This document shows positions 36,862 to 49,195 of a stretch of DNA of 64,000 bases, piece by piece. This stretch comes from Lingula anatina. Lineage: Eukaryota > Animalia > Brachiopoda. The notes under the pieces were generated by a model that ran no database searches, was not told where the DNA came from, and saw only the letters and a list, made by a program, of their open reading frames with translations. Both the position numbers and the translations under genes were made by a program. Position 1 is the stretch's first letter. Each line of letters begins with the position of its first letter. The stretch is from NCBI GenBank assembly GCA_051362555.1, contig CM120642.1:26536001-26600000 (forward strand). The letters run 5' to 3'.

Positions 36862-38513
36862 CACCTGAGCACATGCAGTCTCAGGTATCAATAAAGATAT
36901 CGTTAAATTGACGGCCTGACCCAAATTGGTCTATAAATGCCAATATATATGGTTACACCACCAAGTACAAACCAGGGCCCGTATTTAGCCATGTTAATCA
37001 TCATGATTCATAACTGGGTTTCATTACGCACTTCAATATCGGTCCACTGCATAGTATGCACAGTTCGAGGTATAGTCGCTGTATAGTGCACAGTGTACAT
37101 GCCCTACCTGAAGAATGTCCGTTTTGATCGTGACCCAGCTACTGCCCCTGGTATGTCACGCACGTAGCTCTGCAATTATGCAATGGATTACATGCAAATG
37201 CGTGTCTATATACAGCAAGCTGAGTATTACCACAACGACTTGCCCCCATCATTTACTGGAGTAGTAATTTAGCGGGGTCCCGAGATCAGCCTGGGTCATT
37301 CCTCAAACAGTTTTGGTTCAGTATCATATGTAATGGTGCACGCACACTGATGGTGGTGAGACTTACCTCGTAAACTACGCAGGTCAGGTTGGGATGTGAT
37401 CAATGTAGCCAGGCTATCGCTTGAGTAAATATAGCTGAGTTTGGGCGCTAGTGACAACACGAGTCGTCCACTGTATGCGATATACTGTACGGTACACACG
37501 TGAACAATTGGGTGGCCGGTAACGGATATCGATATGGGCCAATGACCTTTACATGTATATTGTCATCATACTCATACTAATAGATGTAACGCCTCAAACA
37601 ATACCAGCCAAGGCCCTTTGGTCAGACAAGACGAATACTAAGTGCTGATAGTAATGATAGAATTTTATTCTTTTAATATTTTTTAATGCATGATAGGTGT
37701 TTTTAGGCAGTGCTTGATGTGCACAAGCATTGACGTCACAACAACAGGTGCAGTAAGAGAACCGCTGGTCCCTCCTAATATGAATTTAAGTCGCATTTAC
37801 AGTCAAGGTGGGCCGTCCAGACCTGTAGTCAGCAATTTCAAAGGGTGGTTGGAGATCTTTTTTCTGTAAAAGTGGATTTTTTTTCATAATTGCATAAAAC
37901 CTACATCAAATTTTGATTCAGCGCGGAGTTCGTTCGAGCGCACACCCCCCCCCCACCCAGTCCCCACCCCCATCACTACAACTATGAGTCTGTCTTCCTT
38001 ATTCGGCACGAAACACCGAGGGGTTGGTTTTACAAATTTAAAAGGAATTTTGGTCTTGACTTTAAGACGTAAAATTTTGGTCTATTTCAGCTTGGGGTAA
38101 ATCCATGACAGTCCACTAAATTAAAACAGTCATTATCCTCAAACGTTAACCATTAGTCACCGGAGTGTTTTGCACCGTCCGAGATACGACGAGCTAACTT
38201 GACTGGACGCAGGACGTTGTCAAGTTGTCATCTTGGAGCTTGTCGTCTCTGAAAGGATACTCTTGAGGACCGACATATTCCCGTCTGTGAAAGGGATCGT
38301 GTTAATTGCTTGTATACGAAAAATGGCTCCTTTCAGTAGTAATGAAATTGCACCCCTGTTTACATATATAATACCCATTTTAAGAGACTATTTTACAATA
38401 AAAAGCGCATCCACAGTTATTTTAGAACGAGAACTCAAACTAAATCTGTCCTTTTTATAAAATAGAAATGCTTCATGGTCTATATTCTGGATTATTTTCA
38501 GAGGAGCACGTTA

Positions 38514-40300
38514 TCACTCATCGTCGTTCTCGCATTTGCAGATTCCGTTACAGTATCTGAAAATATAAAACTGAAACGTTGAGACATCCCAGCGAAATCA
38601 TATTGCATTTCAGACGATATCTGCACTTAAAATGAACACAGTCGAAGTAATAGTTTCCACAGAAAATGTTAACGAATCTAAATTATATGTTAAGTCTAGA
38701 TTCACGGTTCCGATTTTTAAATGTTCATTTTAGGTGATTTATAAATGATAAAATAAGCTGAATGCATTTATTGGCAATATGATGAGGTACATCTCCACTT
38801 TGCTATTATATAATTGTATAATGGCCAAACGAGATAAACAGTCACATTTCAGTACCAAACTTCCATGAAAAAATACACACAAGATTTTGGCTTGATGATT
38901 TTAGACAAAACCGAAAACAACGGTGTAAATTCAATTCAATTTATTAAATTTTAAAGCCTCATCAATAATATTTAGAGTGTTTTAATAACTCACGCATCAG
39001 CTCCTTTGGAATTTTCAGGTATTTTGTCATTTTCTTTTTTGCGTTCTTCGGGATGATAAGCCTGAGCAAGGCTACGTTCATGGAAAGGGTTTAATCGCCT
39101 CGGTGCCGCGGCAGCAGAGGCCAGGTAGACGTGACACGAGCGAGGAGTAAGAAAAGACTCAACGGCATCTCGTGAGGTGGCGAGCCTGTTCATATCTCTT
39201 CTCCACTTGGCACGTCGATTTTGAAACCAGACCTGTCGTCAAAGAAAGGAATATGTGGATATATACTGAATAAATATCAAAAAGACCTCTGATCATTTTT
39301 GCATGCTGCATTGGCTCAGCATATACTGTAATTTTTTTCGTGTGCGTGCGTGGGCGCATGCGTGTGCCTCACATCATTTCCACTATTAGAAACGCATGCA
39401 GCTGGAGACTTCTTACCTGAACTCGTGCCTCCGTTAATCCTGTCTTTGTCGCAAGTCCCTCTCGTTGGCAAAAATCTGGATAGTGTGTTTCGTAGAACAT
39501 CTCTTGGAGGGTGATTAACTGTTGTGGCGTGTATATGGTACGACTACGGCGCTAAAAATTAATCAGATTCAGAATAAGATTGCGTCTAGTTGGTTGTTTA
39601 GACCGGTGTAACAGGAATGGAAGTCCGCTAGGAACCGTAGTCCGCTTCTCATTACTTTGTACAGGTGACACTCGTCCAATATACCATAAGCCCAATTCTC
39701 CAACTAACCCTAACCTGTACAAATCATTTGGGAGCCCGGACTTCATTCCCATTACACCGGCGCACACGCAGAGATGTGATCCGAGTTACATTAATAGCTG
39801 CACCATCCCCCAGGGGTCTCTCTAGGTTTGTCTTTTTTTTTTTTTACAAAAATTGTCTTTCATCCAATTATGTAGCATTTTACAGAGACCCCTGGGTAGA
39901 CTGGCCGGCTTTAGTCATTAGACTAGTAAAAAAAGTTCAAAAATTAAAAAGTTAAAACAAGTGATTAAAAATGAACAATTTGTAATTACGCTATGGGAGC
40001 GGGATGCTGCTCCCTTTGACAAATTATTTTTCAACTTCTTGGACCAATCATGATTAGTCGAGTTTCCTGACCGTGTACATCCCTCTCCAGTAACCCATAT
40101 TTTATGATGCTTTTTAAATGACAAAATAAATTCAATTTGTCTCATTAAAACAATAACAATAATAGGTAGAACGAGACTATTGTATTAAGATACGAGGAAG
40201 TCAAACTTACGTGATGCATTTGGCGTGTGGGAATGGATCCATATCCCTTACACTTTGACAGCAGGGAGAACTGATACGCAGGACAACAGTATTTATCCAT
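38514..40300 (-). CDS. PRD-class (paired-like, Q50) homeobox transcription factor, divergent
   Basis: Exons 40300-40211 ([14 protein letters not shown]), 39551-39417, 39232-38994, then a probable last exon 38556-38514 (alternative or additional 38284-38194). The spliced homeodomain is [46 protein letters not shown]|[14 protein letters not shown], with the PRD-typical phase-0 intron between residues 46 and 47. Confidence 0.9.
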
Positions 40301-40836
40301 ACTGCGGGGTTTTCTTTGCCTTTGCACGAAAGGAGATTGAAATGAATAAAATGATTGAAATGATGTAAGTTGTAAGTATCCTATTCGAGATTTTCTCACC
40401 AAATCTAATTTACTTTGAGAAATTTTTGCCTGCTCTGAAATGTGTACTTACCACGTTAAAATCTGTCTTCAGTTCACTTATTCCTGCGTGTTATTGATTT
40501 CGATAGTTCAGAACAGATAATGTTATATAATTTGAACGCGATGAGGCTTTATAGGTTTGCAAATCAGGCCACTCCTATAGTAGACAAACGTGATATTATT
40601 AAAGCAATTGATTGGTTGCAGGCACTTTTATCTCGACACATTTCCAAAAGGATCTTGCTAGGCTGCCCAGCTTCCCATTCACGTGTACTTCGCATTATTT
40701 TGTGCTCTTTAATTTATAAAAAATGACATTTTTAATGAAAAAAAAACAACATTTTTCATGTAAACGTCAAACAATAAAGAGGAAGCGTGTGAGCGTAAAA
40801 TTACAAATAATGAAACAATGAAATTGCGTGAATTAA

Positions 40837-41083
40837 GATTGGGTTCCCATACCTAGATCCATCTAAAGGGATCGATCCATCTTCAAGGGGTTTCTCGCTT
40901 AATTGCTTTCAGCTTAAGCGGCTTTGATGTCTGGCACACCTAATGAAGACGATAGTTAATTACCCCCTAACAGCTCCAGCAGGCGTGGCAGACATCTAAG
41001 CCGCTTAAGTTGATTGCAATTTAACGAGAATCCCCTTGGATATAGATCCACGGTTAGTACGGTAGGGGTCTGGGAACGGTCCC
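40837..41083. mobile_element. PIF/Harbinger-like (Tourist-type) MITE, GATCGATC family, copy 1
   Basis: TAA on both flanks, internal palindromy, and the shared core agttaattacccc..acagct with the copies at 42774 and 62672. Confidence 0.6.
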
Positions 41084-42566
41084 TAAGCTTTTTTAGCATA
41101 ACAAATTAGAAATGAAGAGGTGTCGTTATCGATTAAAAAAAACGAATTGTGGGAAATATTGGGATGCATTTTCTCACCAATAGTTTCCTTCTACATCCTC
41201 TCTCTCTCTCTCTCTCTCTCTGTCAAAAATGACATTACTGTCAGTCGCTGCATGCATTAAAAAGTGTGAAACAAACGATTTTAAATTACTCATCGATGTC
41301 TTTCTATGCTTCAGCATAAATATCTTCCCATTTCAGTAAATGATATAATGATAGTACAAATATGTTTACTGACGAGAAGGGCTGCTGAAAAAGCTTAATA
41401 TTGTCGCCTGAAATACTTCTCCCTTTACGTTGTACCGGAGGTAGGTACGCCTTGGGTGGTAGGATTGAAAAAACAAAAACAAAATCCTTGAAGATGCATT
41501 AAACTATGCGAGTACCTATTGGGATAAAATGTACTTATGTGAAGAAATTAATGAAACTATTTTTGTGCAAACAAAATGGCACTTAGAGTTTTCTGCATTT
41601 GTATTTTTTATTGCTTGGGGGGGGGGGGGGGCGCTTGATCTGCAATTTCCTTTTCATTAAGAGTGGAAATGCCGCGTCTTTCTGAGAATCGGCATTTTTC
41701 TAACGCACGTTTACCCATCTTATATTAGATGAAAATGAAACCGCAGTCTGCCATTTCTTTTTAAATATGAAGCATGCAAGAGTTTGTGCACCGTACATTG
41801 TCGTGTACACACACACACACACACACACACACCTCAAGAGGTCACCATGACCTGATTCACTTCGCGCTTTCTTTCTCGCTACACATTTCAACTTCTTGAT
41901 CTATTTTCTCCGGTGAAAGCTTTAATAACGTCATCACGATACTCTGACAGAGGGAACCGACACGGTCGTTTTTCACAAAAGCACTTTGTCTAACTACTGC
42001 ATGAATCCCTGGAAAACAATTTACGAAATTCTTAACACCAGAAAAAAAACACAAATGTATAAAAGAAATAAGAGAAGAAACCGGTTACAGTGACAGGCAT
42101 GCTATGACATTTTATACTTCATCAATTTCCAATTAGCGACAGGTAGGAAACGTCGCATTACGTATAATTAGCAATATGGTCCGCCATCCACATCCCCTCT
42201 TCCCGTGTTCATTAGAATGGAGACCGCATTTCCAACCGTGGTTTTATCAGATTTCCTGTCATTTTCATTTCCTTTCGTGGCTAAGTTTTCAAACTCTGGT
42301 TTGATTACTCGTACTAGCGTACTTACTCTTTTCTACGCCCCACACTCGTTATATTTGTCAATGAGAATAATTAAGTATTGTGGGGGGGGGGGGGGGGGGA
42401 TTTTAAGACTGAAACACAAATGCTCCGTTCCCGCCTTGTAAGGTTAAAAAATTGAGTTGATTAATAGACTGTGATTAGACTCAACAGAGGCAATAACGAC
42501 AACTATTCGGACTAACCCAAAACTTGCTTCAATGAGTCCTACCTGCCCTTTACCATTGTCACAGAT

Positions 42567-42600
<34 letters not shown>

Positions 42601-42773
42601 ATTAGCTATTCAAACATATCCCTCCGGCTAATTCTGTGCACATTTCTGTACTGTACTATTCAGGAAAAAATTTGCACACAATTTTTTCACAGAATTGATG
42701 TTATCATTCTTCTGGTATTTAGTAGAGTGTTGGTCCAAAAGGACTGACATATAGCAAATATATTCAACTTTAA

Positions 42774-42988
42774 GGCCCATATTCCCAGAGATTAGATCGA
42801 TCCAACTAGATCGACCTAACTCCCTAGGGGTTCACGCTAAATAGCTGTCAGCTGAGCGGGCACGAAAGTTAATTACCCCCTTACAGCTTGTAGTAGGCGG
42901 GACGGACATTTAAGCCGGATTATCTGACAGTAATCTAGTGAGACTCCCCACGGGGATAGATCGATCTTAATATTATGGGAATGCGCCC
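42774..42988. mobile_element. PIF/Harbinger-like MITE, GATCGATC family, copy 2
   Basis: TAA TSD; attccca..ttagatcgatc ... gatagatcgatc..tgggaat inverted ends; aligns along its length with 62672-62885. Confidence 0.7.
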
Positions 42989-44925
42989 TAAGACTCAGCA
43001 CAAACATGGAGCAACATACATGAAGTCGCTGTAAAATGCCTATTTCACAAAAATGGGACGTTTTGGGGCCGCTTTCATAATTTCGATCTGTTCTCAGAAC
43101 ACATATGTGCAGTAATTAAGTATTTGGCAATAACGTGTACACAAACTATTATATGCCGGTGATGTGTATACAAACTATTGTATGCCACACAGCGGCGTTT
43201 GCATCTGGCCCGCTGAGCACATAGGTTTGTATACGGAGGGAGGGGTTGGGTCATTCCAATAGCTGCTGTCACGCACATTTTAAGGTTGATACTTTTAGTA
43301 CTTGTACTGGCTAGCTTCTACATTGTTTCAAAAGAAATTAAACATTATCATGAAATAGCCCCTCTTCTGTAATCAACGCTGTACAAATGTTATTGTGAAA
43401 GGCCAAAGCGTATTTTTAACCGGAATAAGCGGCAACACGACGTACGAGTTCGTACTGTGGAGATTCGATTATGTGTACAGGTTTTGACAACCCTTTTGGA
43501 AATCCTTTAGCTGTAAAGATCGGTCCTATATATCCATAACGTAGTTGCTACTTTGAGAACCTCATATAGTAAAGGAGATGAGGGCTGCTGAACAGAACAA
43601 AAGCTACGGAATAAATTCCACGGATATCCCCAGTAACACGCTGAAATAATACCAGCCCCTGCGTTTATCGGCATCTCAATCGAATCCTATCCCCAAATAT
43701 ATGATCAATAGGTAACCTGCGTTTAAACAGGCATGCCTAATATACGCTCAGCTGACAATAAATACGTTTGTACGTGTATTCAGGTGAACAGGCACAGTTG
43801 CGTCTTGCACCCTGAGTGTAAGGCTTAAAACACTACCTGATCAAGCATTGTGAGCATCACCGAATATAGATAGACCAGTGAAACCATGGGTGCTTTTTTC
43901 TTCTTCGTGTAAAATATAACAGTGCGGCTCTGAAAACACCATTTATTTGGTACAGCAACCAGGAGACGGACGATCGTTGCGGCAAAATGCTGTCAGGGAA
44001 CAGGCTGCTTCACGGGTTAGAATCTCCAATTCTTCCCTTTAGAAATAACGCAGGTTAGGAAGATTCTAATTTTGATCTTTTCTCAAATTTGCGTATGGCT
44101 ATGGGAATTTTTAATTTTCGCATATTGTTATTTAAGTAACAAAACGTTTAACTTAACAATAAATTCTTATTTTAACTTTCTTACATGATTGCAGTCCATA
44201 TCAGAGTATAATATATATTTATGTACGTAAATGTGCTACATTGAACAGGTCAGACAATATTTATATTCTGTAAAAAAAACATCAATAAATAAGTGAAAAA
44301 AGTGAGCAGATAGGCTGGTATGTGATGACCGAACACATATATTAACCTATTACGACTATTATAGTTGAGTTCTGTGATATAGGTTTTGAGTGACAGACCA
44401 GTAAACTTTTTCTTTTCGAGATTTTACATACGTTTTTTTTTATCAGTGTGTTCAAAACAATTTAATCAAGGGGGCTTAAACGGTATTCTTTTTATTTCTT
44501 TTTCAAAATCTTACAGTAAACGTATTGACCTAGATTTTAAACAATTTTTAAATTACCAACAGGCTACTCATTTTTTTAAAAACTTTCTCTTCACGTGTCT
44601 TGGAAAGTTATATGCAATCCTCGCCTTTCTTCTTCGGCAAGTGATTTTTTAGTGGGGATTGTAATTTCAAAAGAGCGCATTTTCAAAACTCAACTTCCAC
44701 AAAATGAACACCGATTTGTACATAATCATATGTAAACCGATAGCTGGATATTTTTTGAAGGACACTCACTGTTGAAACCACTGTGAATTTGCCATTGCCC
44801 CCGTTCTCCTTTAAACCAAGCGCTTCCCCTTCGACAAGTTTTGCAATAGTTACTGATGTCTTACACATTGTTAAATATTGTATGTAATTTTTCTAGCCCA
44901 CTGCTCTGCGGTGCGACGTTGCATA

Positions 44926-45086
44926 ATGAAAGGAGTCGAATTTATTATAGTAATCGTCGTTGGACTTTTGGCAGGAATATCTCTGGTAGTTTTTGTAGGT
45001 AAGCTCATCTTAAGGTCAGTGATTAAAAGAGGTCCGGAGAGGCGAGTGTCCTCCCGGTTAGCTTACCTTCATTGTCTTATGTGTGT

Positions 45087-45117
<31 letters not shown>

Positions 45118-46939
45118 GGGGGTAATCTCTTTCCTTTCCCTTTGTCCTTATCCCATAGTTTCTTCTATTAGTAGAGTAATAACCATCAAGCTGTGGGGAA
45201 TACGATCAGAACACAGGGTTGAAAACAGTGTTTAACTTAATGAATAACATTTATCCGCACTCTGTATTTCAGTGAGAGCTAGAAAAATGTAAGAATAATT
45301 TATTTTAAGAATAATAATGATGATGTTCTAATGAATGTTTATACTGCTTTTATAGTTTATGATGATGTCCACATCGCCGCGAGAAACATTAACTCACACC
45401 ATAAATATTTTTAATTACGGGCCTAATTTTTTAATTAATCCATCCTTTCTTCATGTATAGATATACTAGTGGGCAGAGATGTGCCAGTGTTTATTTGGAA
45501 TGGTGCCGCGTCATCGCAGATTCTTGACTACGGCACAACAGCTGCTCACGTACGTACTTGCATTCTTATTTTGTAATGTGCAAACCCGCTTCTTGACACA
45601 TTTAAAAAGCCTTTACTCACAACGTTTAATATAATAACATATCCGTTGTCGTTTTATAAAAATATAAATCCCATGGTCACCATAAAAAGCCTTTGTTCTC
45701 TTTCAATTCTACATCTCGTGATTTCATATCAAGACCTGCTAAATGTTCATCTGAATGCAGAAGTAGAAATTATTGTTTTTACGTCATATATTTGTTACTC
45801 ATGTTCATTTTAATGTAAACTACTTTCACCCAGGTTGAAAACTGAATCAGGCGCGTAGATAGCCAATTTGAAGGGGAGAGGGGGTAACCATTCAGAAAAA
45901 ATACCCCTCCCCCCCCCCCCCCAATTCCCCCGCTACTTGCATTTGTAACATAGGTCGACCAATATAGATATCATCAGAAAATATATCATTGCAGGTAAAA
46001 CAACCAAAAAAGGTTGAACTAGACGACGCGTGGATTCGCAGACTGGCCTTCCGGAAGCAACGCACGAATTGGGCGTGTCAGCATTATGGCTCGGGGGCCC
46101 GAACGCCCTTGAATCCACCGTCTTCAGAAGAACTGCAGTATATATGGGTGAGCGATGACCTTCAACTCGTTTACTGTGAGGTGCCAAAAGCAGCAAGTTC
46201 TTTATGGAAAATGCTGATATTGAAAGCTAAAGGATATCCCATAAAATCGTTGAAATCGGTACACATGCTTGACTTTCCCCGGAACCTACGTCGCCTTGAC
46301 ACTTATTCCAGTTCAGAAATAGAGAACATATTAAATCATTATCTGAAGTTCCTAATTTTGCGTCACCCAGCTGACCGACTGGTGTCTGCATACAGGGATA
46401 AGATCAAATTCTGGAAGCCTCAGAACCCAAGGGCGTTGTCAAGGGTGGGGAATTACGTCAATCAACTTAAAGGTCTGTCCCCATTTTACCCCACAGACAT
46501 ACCAGAGGACGACACGCAGCTTTATCATTACCTGAAACGCAAGATAAATTCGGGGGCGGAGCTATGGGATACAATGACAAGTCTCCGCCCATCAAATGTC
46601 ACATTTCGCGATTTCATCCGGTATGTAGCGGATCATCCGGATGCACCGGATAAACACTGGACTCCGATTCACCGGCAGTGCCACCCCTGTTACATTAATT
46701 ATGACATCATTTCTTACTATGAAACAATGAAGGAGGACGGGGACAACATCCTCAAACTTGTACAGCACGATACCGACTTACACATTAAAGAGAAGACGCA
46801 ATCTTCCTGTCCGAAATGTTTGAGAACTTCTAAAATGTTTGAGAGGATTTATGAGCCGGAAATGGGGAAAATAAAACAGATGTATCAGCTGGACTGGGCA
46901 ATGGCTCTAGGAGAAACCGACTTTTTGAAATCTCCGTGA
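44926..46939 (+). CDS. Carbohydrate sulfotransferase, HNK-1ST/CHST8-14 family (Sulfotransfer_2), type II membrane protein
   Basis: Exons 44926-44998 (TM MKGVEFIIVIVVGLLAGISLVVFV), 45461-45549, 45995-46939. Intact 5'-PSB YCEVPKAASSLWK, 3'-PB KFLILRHPADRLVSAYRDK, and HWTP..CHPC.INYD. Confidence 0.9.
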
Positions 46940-47063
46940 CATTCATAATAATAATAATATAATAATAATAATAATCTTTATTGGAATATTGCAACCTGAA
47001 GGTTGAAGTTATACATATATATACTTTATTTATTTATTTATTTATTTAAATGAAATTCATTGA

Positions 47064-47138
47064 AGTCAGAGAAGCCTGGCCCTCTTGCACTCTATAGACG
47101 CTCTCACCTCCATGGGGAGGATACAGCCCGGCTGCCAT
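47064..47138 (-). mobile_element. SINE-like fragment
   Basis: gaagcctgg..tctcacctccatggggaggatacagccc matches, in reverse orientation, 51575-51660 (atgctccccagggaggtgaga..ccaggcttc). It resembles, from memory, the conserved tail of invertebrate Nin/Deu-type SINEs. Confidence 0.4.
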
Positions 47139-49195
47139 ATTCAATGTAACTATTAAATAAAAACTTTGAAAATGCTAAATAATACACCAAATGGACTATC
47201 ATACAATTAATCAATAAATGTATACTCTGTTGCAATATTTTAAAAAGAGAATCTTTAGCCGTTTATGAAAGTTTAAAAGTTTCAGCAGAGCATTTTTTTT
47301 TGCCTGTATATACTGAGGTAATGACAGAAAAAGAGATTAACAGTGAACCGTTATTACTCCAAAACTCCAGATTATCCAGTGAATGTGTCTGAAATTAACC
47401 TTATCAGACCAAAATTTTTCCTTTTCTTTCTAGAAAAGCAAGACATAACACTTTCAAAAGAGGTTTTGCAATATGTGTATATTTAATATTTGCTGAATCC
47501 ATTCCTGTAAATATTGTTGTATATTATAAAGTGGAAGTAAAACTATTTTGGCAATGTTAAAATACTTGGCACATAATGTTACATACTGTGACAATGGCTT
47601 TCAAACAAAAAGTTGCAAAGTGGAAAAACATCTTTTTAAAGATGTATAACAAGTAGTGCATGTACAATTCATATCACTTAAATTTGGCACATTTTTTTAA
47701 TACAACAAATGTTTCATATTGAAAATATTATTTGGGTTTGCATTGCTGTTATAAAGGAACACAGAGCAGTGTTTACACTGTATATCTTATACAGGAACAC
47801 AAAACACTGATTACTTCTTGAAAACTTAGGAATGCACAGTGTTTATTTATATTCTTGAAAAAAAAATCATAAAATGAGTGTTCCTGGGGCAACTATAGTT
47901 TCTGTGACTAAACAACCTTTGTTCCTCCTTTTCTGACAATCACCATTACACAATAACAATATGGGAAAATGAAAGTCTTTAACCTTAAGCATGGATTTTC
48001 AAATAAAACCATACCAGGTCCTTCAAATACGGTGGGTGGGTGGGTGGGTGGGGGGGGGGGGGGTGGAGATTCAAAACTGTCAACATGGTTGACAGGTGGC
48101 GAGTTATGTCAGGAGGCATAAATTAGATTATAAAATTTGGTGACATCAATAAGTATTATTTGTCCTCAGATCAATTTAATAATAAGAGGTGTACAGACTT
48201 AACATGAGGCAAAAAAGCTTATACTTTGCACCTTTATGTACTGCTAAATACCAAAACTACATGTTGCATCTTTTTAAAACACTTTTCTTGAAAATAAAAG
48301 ATAAAAACCAATATATATGTATATACCTGTATATATTCATAGCACCAATTCAAATTTTCAAACTTCAAAAACATTTTGCACCAAAATTGAAACAAGTACA
48401 CTCATTCAAGATACATGTAATTACATGTGAGACAGACTCTAGTCTCATTCATGAAAAACAAAAGCAGAATACATTGGTCTGTTGGATCTTCTGACAGCAC
48501 CATGTATTATACCACATGAATGCAATCAAGTCTTCATCTACAGCTGTAAAAAGCAACCGTCACATGTAGACCATGCCATAATAGTTTATGATGTTTATAG
48601 ATACATCGTGTTTTCAGGTCATAACTGACTCAGTCCGCTTCTAATAAAGTGAGGGGTTTGTTCTGAAACAGTGATAAACCTTTTTGTGTTTATGTTTATA
48701 TAAATAAACAAATAAAGAAACTTCATTTGACCTGTTGCTAAATTGATTTCTTCACAATTTAATTCTGTCTGCTATAGCCAACCCTCTTGTCTTTTGGCAT
48801 TTGCTCATTCAAAAGGAACTTTCCTCCACTCTCATGATTAACCATACAGTGCCATGTTTTCCTCAGCTTGAGATGTATGTTCTCTCATTCTAGCAAAGCT
48901 TTCTCCTTCTAGGTCATCCAGTCTGATGAAAGTAACTCATTCAATTCGCATTTAAACATTACCATAAGATAAAATTTTTCCAGTATTTTATTTTTGGTAG
49001 GAGAAACAATCTGTAGACTGCATTCTCCACAAAGCACGAGTCACAGAGTGAATCATAAAGCCTGCAGCTATGCAAAGAGACATTAACAAAATAATGCTGG
49101 ACTTTCAAACATGAAACTGCTTGTGATGTCACCTAAACATAAACCCAAACTGGTTCATCACTCTATCAAAAATATACCCCTCACCATGCCTGTAG

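Noticed and set aside
35762-36894. Two near-identical ORFs (MRDERDMGRV...) on opposite strands
   Set aside because: They are the two arms of the foldback element, start at TTG, and show no protein motif.
41833-42010. Possible minus-strand exon upstream of the homeobox gene
   Set aside because: Splice-like sites are present but there is no coherent frame or motif linking it to a gene.
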